64,000 nucleotides of DNA from a virus (lineage: Duplodnaviria > Heunggongvirae > Uroviricota > Caudoviricetes), in the IMG/VR virus record IMGVR_UViG_3300024303_000011. One strand, given 5' to 3'. This document shows positions 6,016 to 13,802 of the stretch, piece by piece. A program made the translations under genes and the position numbers. Within the stretch, counting starts at the first letter, position 1. Every line of letters begins with the position of its first letter. The notes under the pieces were generated by a model. That model was not told the origin of the DNA, did not search any database, and saw nothing but the letters and a program-made list of their open reading frames with translations.

Positions 6016-6090
6016 TGGGGTGTAGCCAAGCGGTAAGGCAGCGGACTTTGACTCCGCCATTCGCATGTTCGAATCATGCCATCCCAGCCA
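6016..6090 (+). tRNA. tRNA-Gln (anticodon UUG), U1-A72, CCA encoded
   Basis: Acceptor TGGGGTG/CATCCCA, anticodon arm GCGGA-CTTTGAC-TCCGC, T-arm GCATG-TTCGAAT-CATGC. Confidence 0.7.
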
Positions 6091-6251
6091 GTACGGTGGT
6101 CTTTGGTAGTAATCACGCACCCGTTAAAGAGCCAATTGACGAATTGGCAAAGTGGAAACTACATGCCATAACTTCCAAGTGTACATAAGAAGTTAAACGG
6201 TAACTACGGTTTGAGAGGATCTTGCGTAGTAAAACCCAATCCTCAGTTTAT

Positions 6252-6325
6252 AGGAGCATAGTTCAATGGTAGAATAAGAGTCTCCAAAACTCCTGATCGG
6301 GGTTCGACTCCCTGTGCTCCTGCCA
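6252..6325 (+). tRNA. tRNA-Trp (anticodon CCA; loop CTCCAAA), CCA encoded
   Basis: Acceptor AGGAGCA/TGCTCCT, D-arm GTTC-AATGGTA-GAAT, T-arm CGGGG-TTCGACT-CCCTG. Confidence 0.65.
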
Positions 6326-6352
6326 TTAAAATTTATTCAAAGGAGAAGAGAC

Positions 6353-6466
6353 ATGGAAAAGATGGCCCTAGAAAATCGTATCGCTCTTTTGCGAACACGC
6401 GGCACCAATAATGGAAACATTGTTCGCAAACTACAGCGTAGACTACGAAAGCTCGAAAAGGAGTGA
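6353..6466 (+). CDS. small basic protein (37 aa)
   Basis: AAGGAGAAG RBS, ATG 6353; not in ORF track (<60 aa). Confidence 0.3.
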   Translation: MEKMALENRIALLRTRGTNNGNIVRKLQRRLRKLEKE

Positions 6467-6471
6467 TAAAC

Positions 6472-6576
6472 ATGCCAATTAAAGGTGTTATATTACTGTT
6501 TGCCGCAGCAATGGTTATCGCATTTTTTTATCGCAAAGAAATTTATAATTGGATTGAAAAGAATTTTAAAAATTAA
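6472..6576 (+). CDS. small single-TM membrane peptide (34 aa)
   Basis: Hydrophobic core VILLFAAAMVIAFF; immediately upstream of SPFH gene. Confidence 0.3.
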   Translation: MPIKGVILLFAAAMVIAFFYRKEIYNWIEKNFKN

Positions 6577-6587
6577 GGAGATTTAAT

Positions 6588-7634
6588 ATGAGCAAGTTTG
6601 TAGCAGCCCTTTTGGCTATGGTTATTCTGGTTACTGGCGGACTGATTATTTATGGCGCAACTCATGAGACGATTCCTGCTGGCTACGTTGGTTATGTTTA
6701 TGACCGTAACGCACGAGACGACGATAATGTGATTCCCGGAACATCCGTAATTAACGAAGCAAGAACAGGTCGAATTTCAATTAACCCAATCACTCAGGAT
6801 GTACTTACCTATCCCACTACTATTATTAGCTGCAACTGGACTGGTCTTGCAGAAGGTGATAACAAGAAGGATATGAGCATGCAGATTGCATCTCAGGAAG
6901 GCAAGAACATCGATGCTGATATTTATATTAGCGTAAGACCTCTCGACATCGAGAAAATCATTAAGTCTTTCGGTACAAAGTCCTTCGATTCCATTGTTGA
7001 TAACGATATCTATGGTCTTACTAAGGGTAAACTCTCTTCCGTGTCTCAGGCATATTCCGTTTATGATATCCAGTCTTCTAGAGTAGAGATCCAGTCTGAG
7101 GTATTTAACATCCTTTCCAGCACTCTAAACGACGTATATGGTGTTGAACTTGTCCGCCTTGAGATTGGTACTCTTATTCTCCCTGAAGATATCCAGGCTA
7201 AGATTGACCAGAAGACTCAGGCACAGAATGAGGTTGAACTCGCTAAGCTTGAGCGCGAGCGTCAGAATGAAGTGAATCAGCAGATCGTCGATCAGCAGAA
7301 GGCACAGTCTGAGCGTGAGATGATTCAGCGCCAGGCAGAAGCAGACGCGGCTGCATATGAAAAGCAGAAAGAAGCAGAAGCTCTTCTGGCAGTCTCCGAG
7401 GCAAATGTAAAGATCGCAGAGCAGGAGCTTGAGATCGCAAAGCTTGAGAAAGAAGCAGAACTCGAAAAGCAGAAGGGTTACACCACGGAGTACTTTAAGG
7501 ATAAGGAACTTGACGTAAAGATGGCTGCAGTAGAAGCAATCAACCCGACCGTGAAGACTATTATTACATCCGGTGAAGGAGAGGGCTTCGGTGCGCTCGT
7601 TGGTATCAAAGAAGTTCTTAATAGTATCGGCTAA
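6588..7634 (+). CDS. SPFH/band-7 (stomatin/prohibitin/flotillin-like) membrane protein with C-terminal coiled coil
   Basis: N-terminal TM, SPFH-like core, Glu/Lys/Gln-rich coiled coil (ELAKLERERQNE...). Confidence 0.55.
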   Translation: MSKFVAALLAMVILVTGGLIIYGATHETIPAGYVGYVYDRNARDDDNVIPGTSVINEARTGRISINPITQDVLTYPTTIISCNWTGLAEGDNKKDMSMQIASQEGKNIDADIYISVRPLDIEKIIKSFGTKSFDSIVDNDIYGLTKGKLSSVSQAYSVYDIQSSRVEIQSEVFNILSSTLNDVYGVELVRLEIGTLILPEDIQAKIDQKTQAQNEVELAKLERERQNEVNQQIVDQQKAQSEREMIQRQAEADAAAYEKQKEAEALLAVSEANVKIAEQELEIAKLEKEAELEKQKGYTTEYFKDKELDVKMAAVEAINPTVKTIITSGEGEGFGALVGIKEVLNSIG

Positions 7635-7648
7635 TACAACCACTAATG

Positions 7649-7683
7649 AAAGGAGAGTTTAACATGGCTCTCCTTTTATTTGT
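7649..7683 (+). terminator. rho-independent terminator (AAAGGAGAG...CTCTCCTTT + T-rich tail)
   Basis: 9-bp stem, 10-nt loop, followed by TATTTGTT. Confidence 0.6.
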
Positions 7684-7713
7684 TAATGAATTGTAAATAA
7701 TGGAATATAGTTA

Positions 7714-7741
7714 TTGACAAAGCTAAGATTTTAAGTATAAT
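7714..7741 (+). promoter_or_regulatory. sigma70-like promoter P3 (TTGACA-N16-TATAAT) with upstream 20-mer (7681-7700) and downstream ACAAAATGATTG (7751-7762)
   Basis: Same cassette as P2 with identical 14-nt spacing from the 20-mer. Confidence 0.6.
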
Positions 7742-7755
7742 ATATACAGTACAAA

Positions 7756-8805
7756 ATGATTGAAAGGTTTAAACGAATGACAATCAGTGAAATAAAATCC
7801 ATGTTAAAAACACCGGAATATGGATTCCTAAAAACGAATGAGCATCTTGGGCCTAATGTTATTTTACTAACGCTTGGTGGCAGCTACGCATATGGAACAA
7901 ATGTTGAAACATCAGATGTTGATATTCGTGGTTGCGCTTTGAACTCAAAAGAGGAAATTTTGACGAATAAAAATTTCGAACAGTTTGTCAATGAAGAAAC
8001 AGATACAACGATCTATAGCTTTAATAAGCTTATCAGTCTGCTTTCTAACGTAAACCCAAATACTATTGAACTGCTTGGATGTAAGCCCGAACATTATGTA
8101 TATCTTTCTCCAGTAGGTAAAGAGCTGCTGGAACATAAACATCTGTTTTTGTCTAAAAAGTGTGTACATTCTTTTGGCGGATATGCGAACGCACAGCTCA
8201 GACGTCTAGACAACAAAGCAGCGAGACTTGTTACGCAGACAGAACAAGAACATCATATTTTAAAAAGTATCGAAAATGCCTCATATACCTTCAAAGAGCA
8301 TTACTTCAAATATGACGATGAGGCCATCAAGCTATATATCGATAAATCAGAGTCTGAAGAATATGATACTGAAATCTTTATGGATGTAAATCTTAAGCAT
8401 TATCCTTTGCGGGACTACAAAGGAATGTGGTCTGTAATGCACAATGTTGTTAAAGAATACGGCAAGATCGGAAAGCGCAATTCTCATGCAATAGAGCATG
8501 GCAAACTTGGTAAGCACATGATGCATTTGGTCAGGCTGTATCTAATGTGTCTTGATATTCTTAACGATGGCGAAATTATTACATACAGAGAAAAAGATCA
8601 CGACTTCCTTATGAGTATTCGCAATGGTAAATATCTAGATGACAACAGACAGCCAACGCCTGAGTTCTTTGATATTGTTGATGACTTGGAGGCTAAGCTG
8701 GATGCGGCAAAACATAGTACGGATCTACCAGATAATCCTGATTATAAAAAGATCAATGAGTTCGTTGCTTCTGTGAATGAAAGAATTGTTAGAGGTGAAG
8801 TATAA
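7756..8805 (+). CDS. Pol-beta superfamily nucleotidyltransferase (GS...DxD), function unknown
   Basis: LTLGGSYAYGTNVETSDVDIRG NTase signature. ATG 7756 lies inside the conserved promoter-proximal motif, so true start may be ATG 7777 (MTISEIKS). Confidence 0.5.
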   Translation: MIERFKRMTISEIKSMLKTPEYGFLKTNEHLGPNVILLTLGGSYAYGTNVETSDVDIRGCALNSKEEILTNKNFEQFVNEETDTTIYSFNKLISLLSNVNPNTIELLGCKPEHYVYLSPVGKELLEHKHLFLSKKCVHSFGGYANAQLRRLDNKAARLVTQTEQEHHILKSIENASYTFKEHYFKYDDEAIKLYIDKSESEEYDTEIFMDVNLKHYPLRDYKGMWSVMHNVVKEYGKIGKRNSHAIEHGKLGKHMMHLVRLYLMCLDILNDGEIITYREKDHDFLMSIRNGKYLDDNRQPTPEFFDIVDDLEAKLDAAKHSTDLPDNPDYKKINEFVASVNERIVRGEV

Positions 8806-9161
8806 TGTTTGGATGGAATAAAAATAACAGTTATTCGACTGTTTCTGTAAATGGTAAAACGATTCGAGTAAACGGAAATAATATTACCGTTATCAATGAT
8901 AAGATTATTGTTGATGGCAAAGTGCTTGATGAATCAATGGACTGTAAGAATATTACCGTCATTGTTGAGGGAGATTGTAATAAACTCGATGCCGCAGGAG
9001 CAGTAACTGTTCAAGGTAATTGTGGTTCCGTGGATTGCAGTGGTAGTTGTACTATTCACGGTAATGTAACTGGTAATGTTGACGCTAGTGGCTCTGTTAC
9101 TTGTGGTGATGTTGGCGGAGACATTGATGCAAGCGGCAGTGTTAGATGTATTAGGAAATAA
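8805..9161 (+). CDS. small beta-helical repeat protein (bactofilin-like G-x-V repeats)
   Basis: Repeats NITVI..GKV..ITVIVEGD..AVTVQGN..TIHGNVTGNVDASGSV. Confidence 0.3.
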   Translation: MFGWNKNNSYSTVSVNGKTIRVNGNNITVINDKIIVDGKVLDESMDCKNITVIVEGDCNKLDAAGAVTVQGNCGSVDCSGSCTIHGNVTGNVDASGSVTCGDVGGDIDASGSVRCIRK

Positions 9162-9192
9162 TTGCAGAAATGCTTAAATAAGGAGAAATATT

Positions 9193-9741
9193 ATGAAAAC
9201 TTTAATTGTAATTGACATGCAGAATGACTTTATCACAGGTTCTCTTGGAACCAAAGAAGCACAGGCTATTGTACCTAACGTAAAAAAGAAGATCGATGAG
9301 TATCTGGAGCGTGGCGACGAAGTTATTTTTACCAGAGACACCCACGATGAGGACTACCTAAATACCAACGAAGGAAAGCATCTTCCTGTTAAGCATTGCA
9401 TCTTTGGCACCGAGGGTTGGGAGATCCACCACGATCTTGATGTTAAGGATTGCGAACATATTGACAAACATACTTTTGGTTGGCAGTTCTGGACTTCTAC
9501 TGAGTCTGCTTACGAAAATGACGAGGATGATACGTATTACTTCCGAGATCTTGAAGACATTGAGATCGTCGGTCTGTGTACGGATATCTGCGTGGTATCC
9601 AACGCGTTGATCCTTAAAGCAAATTATCCTTGGGCAAATATTACTGTGGACGCAAGCTGTTGCGCTAGTGTAACTCCTGAGAAGCACAAGGCAGCACTTG
9701 AGGTTATGAAGAGCTGTCAGATCAATGTAATCGGAGAGTAA
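9193..9741 (+). CDS. pncA: nicotinamidase (isochorismatase family)
   Basis: VIDMQNDF N-terminal motif, GLCTDICV catalytic Cys context. Confidence 0.65.
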   Translation: MKTLIVIDMQNDFITGSLGTKEAQAIVPNVKKKIDEYLERGDEVIFTRDTHDEDYLNTNEGKHLPVKHCIFGTEGWEIHHDLDVKDCEHIDKHTFGWQFWTSTESAYENDEDDTYYFRDLEDIEIVGLCTDICVVSNALILKANYPWANITVDASCCASVTPEKHKAALEVMKSCQINVIGE

Positions 9742-9743
9742 TA

Positions 9744-10274
9744 ATGAATACTTTTCAGAAGTTTATTGGCCATGCGCGAACCGTGCATAAGCATCGTGCA
9801 ATGGTGCGAAAACTATGTTTCAAATGCGGCCTCTATTGGCAGGGATTGACGCACGATCTCTCTAAGTATCATCCCGTTGAATTCTGGAATGGAGTCAAAT
9901 ACTACACTGGAACAGCATCTCCGCATCACGGGGAACGTAAAGACAAAGGATACTCAGATGCGTGGGTTCATCATCATAACAGAAACAAACACCATGTAGA
10001 GTATTGGCAGGATATTAATCCTAACACTGGTGTAAGTGTGCCTATCGAGATGCCTGAGAAGTATCTAAAAGAGATGATCTGTGATCGTGTAGCAGCTTCT
10101 ATGACATATCTAGGTGATAAATACTATAGTGCTGCACCTCTTGAATATTATGAAAGTCATAAGTACGAAAATAGATGGCATCATATGACACAAGAAAAGG
10201 TTGAGTATTATCTCGATAAAATTGCAAGACACGGATTTGAAAAAATTATGAGAGACATAGACCAAATGATATGA
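9744..10274 (+). CDS. His-rich hypothetical protein (possible metal-binding)
   Basis: HHGERKD...HHHNRNKHH cluster; no recognisable family. Confidence 0.3.
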   Translation: MNTFQKFIGHARTVHKHRAMVRKLCFKCGLYWQGLTHDLSKYHPVEFWNGVKYYTGTASPHHGERKDKGYSDAWVHHHNRNKHHVEYWQDINPNTGVSVPIEMPEKYLKEMICDRVAASMTYLGDKYYSAAPLEYYESHKYENRWHHMTQEKVEYYLDKIARHGFEKIMRDIDQMI

Positions 10275-10493
10275 CACTCATTGATATACTTTACTACATG
10301 GCTTATGCTACATTTGCCATAATTGGTATTGGCGTATTTATAGAATACTTAAAAAATATTTAAGGGAAATAATTAATTATGGAAACAATTATACTTGCTT
10401 ATATTGGACTTATGGGCGTTCTTGGTCTTGGCTTTATCCTTTTCGGTATTGTAGCAATCAAAGAATTGAATAAATGAAAGGAAATAATTGATT

Positions 10494-11717
10494 ATGATGA
10501 AACTGTCTCCCATTATTACCCATCTTACTGATACTGACCTGTATAAGTTCACTATGCTCCAGACCATGTTCCATCGTCATACTAATCTTAATGGCACTTA
10601 TATCTTCAAATGCCGCAATAATGACGTGAAGTTTACCGCAGAAATGGTGGAAGAAATCAATGCGCAGATTGACCACCTTTGCACTCTTCGTTTTACCGAT
10701 GAAGAACTTGACTATCTCGCGTCTCTGCGTTTCATCAAGCCTGACTTCGTTGAGTTCCTTCGCATCTGGCATCCTCTTCGTAGATATGTAGAAGCTTATA
10801 TGTCTGATTATGATGTTCATGGAACTAATCCAGAAGGAACACTCAATATCAAGGTAGAGGGCCCTCTCTTCAATACTATGATGTTTGAAATCTATCTCCT
10901 TGCTATTGTCAACGAAGTATATTTCCGTATGGAGTATAACTATCTTGACCTCGTTGATAGTGCGAGAAAGGAGCTTTACAGCAAACTTGTAGGATTTGTA
11001 CCTCCTGACCCTCTTTATACTTTCAACTTTGCGGAATTCGGCACCAGAAGACGCCTTAGCCGAGAGTGGCAGGATTATGTAATGACTGAGCTTCTCAAAA
11101 CCAAGCACTGTGTTGGCACTTCTAATGTCTATCTCGCTATGAAATATGGTATCAAGGCAATCGGCACCTACGCTCACGAATATGTTCAGATGTTCCAGGG
11201 CGTCCCCGGCATTCAGCTTGCATATACTAACAAGGCAGCTCTTGAAGAGTGGTTTGAAGAATACCAGGGTGACCTGGGAACCGCATTGACTGATACTCTT
11301 GGAACTGACCTGTTCCTGCGGGACTTCAACAAGCTTCAGGCGACTTGCTATACTGGTGTTCGCCATGACTCTGGTGACCCCTACGAGTGGGGCGAGAAGA
11401 TTATTGAACACTACCTAAAGCTTGGTATTGATCCTAAAACCAAGACCCTTCTGTTTAGCGATAGCCTTGATTTTGAAAAAGCTCAGGCGATCTACGATCA
11501 CTTTAATGGCCGCATTAATGTAAGCTTTGGTATTGGCACTTATCTCACTAACGATACTAATGTAGATCCTCTGAATATCGTCATTAAACTTCAGTATGTA
11601 AATGGTCATCCAGTAGCAAAACTGAGCGATGTTCCCGGTAAGACGATGTGTCAGGACGAGAACTATGCAGACTATTTGAAGCAGGCGGTTGATTATAGAC
11701 TGCGGGAAGGTATTTAA
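10494..11717 (+). CDS. pncB: nicotinate phosphoribosyltransferase
   Basis: N-terminal LTDTDLYKFTMLQ matches PncB LLDTDAYKLHMQQ; length ~408 aa. Track start 10488 is TTG; ATG 10494 preferred. Confidence 0.6.
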   Translation: MMKLSPIITHLTDTDLYKFTMLQTMFHRHTNLNGTYIFKCRNNDVKFTAEMVEEINAQIDHLCTLRFTDEELDYLASLRFIKPDFVEFLRIWHPLRRYVEAYMSDYDVHGTNPEGTLNIKVEGPLFNTMMFEIYLLAIVNEVYFRMEYNYLDLVDSARKELYSKLVGFVPPDPLYTFNFAEFGTRRRLSREWQDYVMTELLKTKHCVGTSNVYLAMKYGIKAIGTYAHEYVQMFQGVPGIQLAYTNKAALEEWFEEYQGDLGTALTDTLGTDLFLRDFNKLQATCYTGVRHDSGDPYEWGEKIIEHYLKLGIDPKTKTLLFSDSLDFEKAQAIYDHFNGRINVSFGIGTYLTNDTNVDPLNIVIKLQYVNGHPVAKLSDVPGKTMCQDENYADYLKQAVDYRLREGI

Positions 11718-11719
11718 TA

Positions 11720-11953
11720 ATGTGCATTGAAACAGTTGGTGAATTAAAACAAATGCTTAAAGAGCTTAACCTTGCGGATGATGCTCCAATTATTATGACA
11801 AGAGAATCATTAAGAGAGGCTCCCTATAGTGTTCCCGTGCGCCCGCTTTACATTTATACTGGCGTTATTGATTCAAAATATAATCAGTATGAACGACGAC
11901 TTGAAGCTTGTTATTCTGCTGATGGAAAATATGGATTGATGGTACTTGGATAA
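11720..11953 (+). CDS. hypothetical protein
   Basis: ORF with tight coupling to pncB stop. Confidence 0.3.
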   Translation: MCIETVGELKQMLKELNLADDAPIIMTRESLREAPYSVPVRPLYIYTGVIDSKYNQYERRLEACYSADGKYGLMVLG

Positions 11954-12120
11954 TGAATAAATGGATAAATAAGTTTCTTTGGTGGTTTCTTCATATTACT
12001 AAAAGAAATTGTAGGCATTGTTCTGTCTTTGATGAAGAAACTAACAAATGTAAAATATTTAATTGTTGTTTTCGCCCAGATGATGATTTTTGTATGCGTT
12101 GGATAAAGAAGGAGTAAAAA

Positions 12121-12687
12121 ATGACAGGTGTAATTCTATTTCGCGCCCAGCCTTTTCATAACGGCCACCTAGCGCAGATTAAACGTGCTTATAAAGATAT
12201 GCGGAAACTTGGTGGCGATTTGTATGTTCTAGTCGGTAGCGCCGATAAATTTGGCACTAAACGCAACCCTATTCCAATTGATATACGGCTTGATTTAATT
12301 AAAAGTAGTCTCAATGAAGTACTCAATTCAGATCAATTGAAACATATTGAGATAGTCCCTCTTAATGACCTTAGCGATGAAGCCAATAATACACATTCTT
12401 GGGGCGAATATCTTTATAGCAAAATGTGTGAATATACTGGCGATACTGATTTTGTCTTCTATTACAGTGACAAACCCGAAATCGCATTGAGTTGGTTCGG
12501 TGACAATGAACGAGAGCATATTTATTTCAAATTTCTTCCAAGAGTAGATAATGTGAATGCTACCGAAGTAAGAGGACTCCTTTATACTTGTGTTCTTGGC
12601 GATGCTATGAAATTGGAGCTCCTGCTTCCTAATTATGTTTATGGCAAAATTACTACACTTCATGATTATATTGTAAATGCGAGGTAA
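12121..12687 (+). CDS. NMN/NaMN adenylyltransferase-like nucleotidyltransferase (HxGH family)
   Basis: AQPFHNGH (H/TxGH) and C-terminal NATEVRG (ISSTxxR-like) motifs; AAGGAG RBS. Confidence 0.55.
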   Translation: MTGVILFRAQPFHNGHLAQIKRAYKDMRKLGGDLYVLVGSADKFGTKRNPIPIDIRLDLIKSSLNEVLNSDQLKHIEIVPLNDLSDEANNTHSWGEYLYSKMCEYTGDTDFVFYYSDKPEIALSWFGDNEREHIYFKFLPRVDNVNATEVRGLLYTCVLGDAMKLELLLPNYVYGKITTLHDYIVNAR

Positions 12688-12692
12688 AGAAA

Positions 12693-13469
12693 ATGTTTGA
12701 TGCAGTAAAAGCAAAAAATGATTGTGTGCAGTGGATACGCGATTGGTTTGAAGAGAATGGCAAAGATTGTAATGCGGTTATTGGCATCTCTGGTGGTAAG
12801 GATTCCACTGTTGTGGCTGCTTTGTGTGTTGAGGCACTTGGCAGGGATAGAGTTATTGGAGTATTGATGCCTAATGATATTCAAAATGATATAGCAGATG
12901 CTTTTAAGGTAGTTGAGCATCTTGATATTAAACACGCAGTGGTTGATATAAATAAAGCATATAAAGCTATTTTGAATAGTGTATTTTATTGTTCGCCTCG
13001 TGGAAATATGGGAAGACATATTATTCCTACAAATCAGGCGATAACCAATCTTCCTCCACGTATTCGTATGACTGTACTCTATGCAATGTCTCAGTCGTTG
13101 AACGGTCGTGTAGCTAATACATGCAACCTTTCTGAGGATTACGTAGGTTATAGCACCCGTTGGGGAGATTCCGTTGGAGACTTTAGCCCCCTTGCTAATC
13201 TTACCACGGATGAGGTAGTTGCTATTGGCGACGCTTGTGGGTTGCCCTATGAACTCACTCACAAAACTCCATCTGATGGCCTTTGTGGCAAAACAGATGA
13301 AAATAATCTTGGATTCACTTATGAAATACTAAATAAATATATCCTAACCGGCATATGTGAAAATGAAGCAGTAAAAGAAAAGATTGATAATCTACATAAC
13401 AAAAACTTGTTTAAACTTCAGCCTATACCTAGTTTTGTACCGATTGGTGTGCGCGGTTATGATGTTTAA
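12693..13469 (+). CDS. nadE: NH3-dependent NAD+ synthetase
   Basis: PP-loop GISGGKDSTV; length 258 aa. Confidence 0.65.
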   Translation: MFDAVKAKNDCVQWIRDWFEENGKDCNAVIGISGGKDSTVVAALCVEALGRDRVIGVLMPNDIQNDIADAFKVVEHLDIKHAVVDINKAYKAILNSVFYCSPRGNMGRHIIPTNQAITNLPPRIRMTVLYAMSQSLNGRVANTCNLSEDYVGYSTRWGDSVGDFSPLANLTTDEVVAIGDACGLPYELTHKTPSDGLCGKTDENNLGFTYEILNKYILTGICENEAVKEKIDNLHNKNLFKLQPIPSFVPIGVRGYDV

Positions 13470-13486
13470 TAAAAGGAGGTGCTAAT

Positions 13487-13690
13487 ATGGATTGGTCAAA
13501 AGCAACAGTATTAACAACAAAATTTCAAGAGATCAAAAAAGAATTAGATTTGGCTAGACCAAGAGATACTTCCATGTCAGCAGCAGAATGGAATGTATAT
13601 CAGTGCAGACAGGCAATCATCAAGCTATGTGATATCTTGGATGAAATGGCTAAAGATAACGTCTGTGAAAATAATTATGCCGAGCAGTAA
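13487..13690 (+). CDS. hypothetical protein
   Basis: AGGAGG RBS. Confidence 0.3.
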   Translation: MDWSKATVLTTKFQEIKKELDLARPRDTSMSAAEWNVYQCRQAIIKLCDILDEMAKDNVCENNYAEQ

Positions 13691-13802
13691 AAAATTTAAT
13701 CGGTTCGGATATGTGTATACAAAAATACGCAACAAACATCCGCAATGGTCCAAAGGGCAAATACGTGCTTGTACGATATATGCGATTAGTAGGAGGAAAT
13801 GA

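Noticed and set aside
5243-6036. Short plus/minus ORFs across the tRNA array
   Set aside because: They overlap well-folded tRNA genes; spurious products of GC-rich tRNA sequence.
7756-7776. ATG inside the ACAAAATGATTG motif as start codon (also 15796 and 23221)
   Set aside because: The 12-mer is conserved at the DNA level in non-coding contexts (including in a promoter spacer) and lacks an upstream RBS; downstream ATGs with RBS are better starts. At 23221 the frame terminates after 10 codons.
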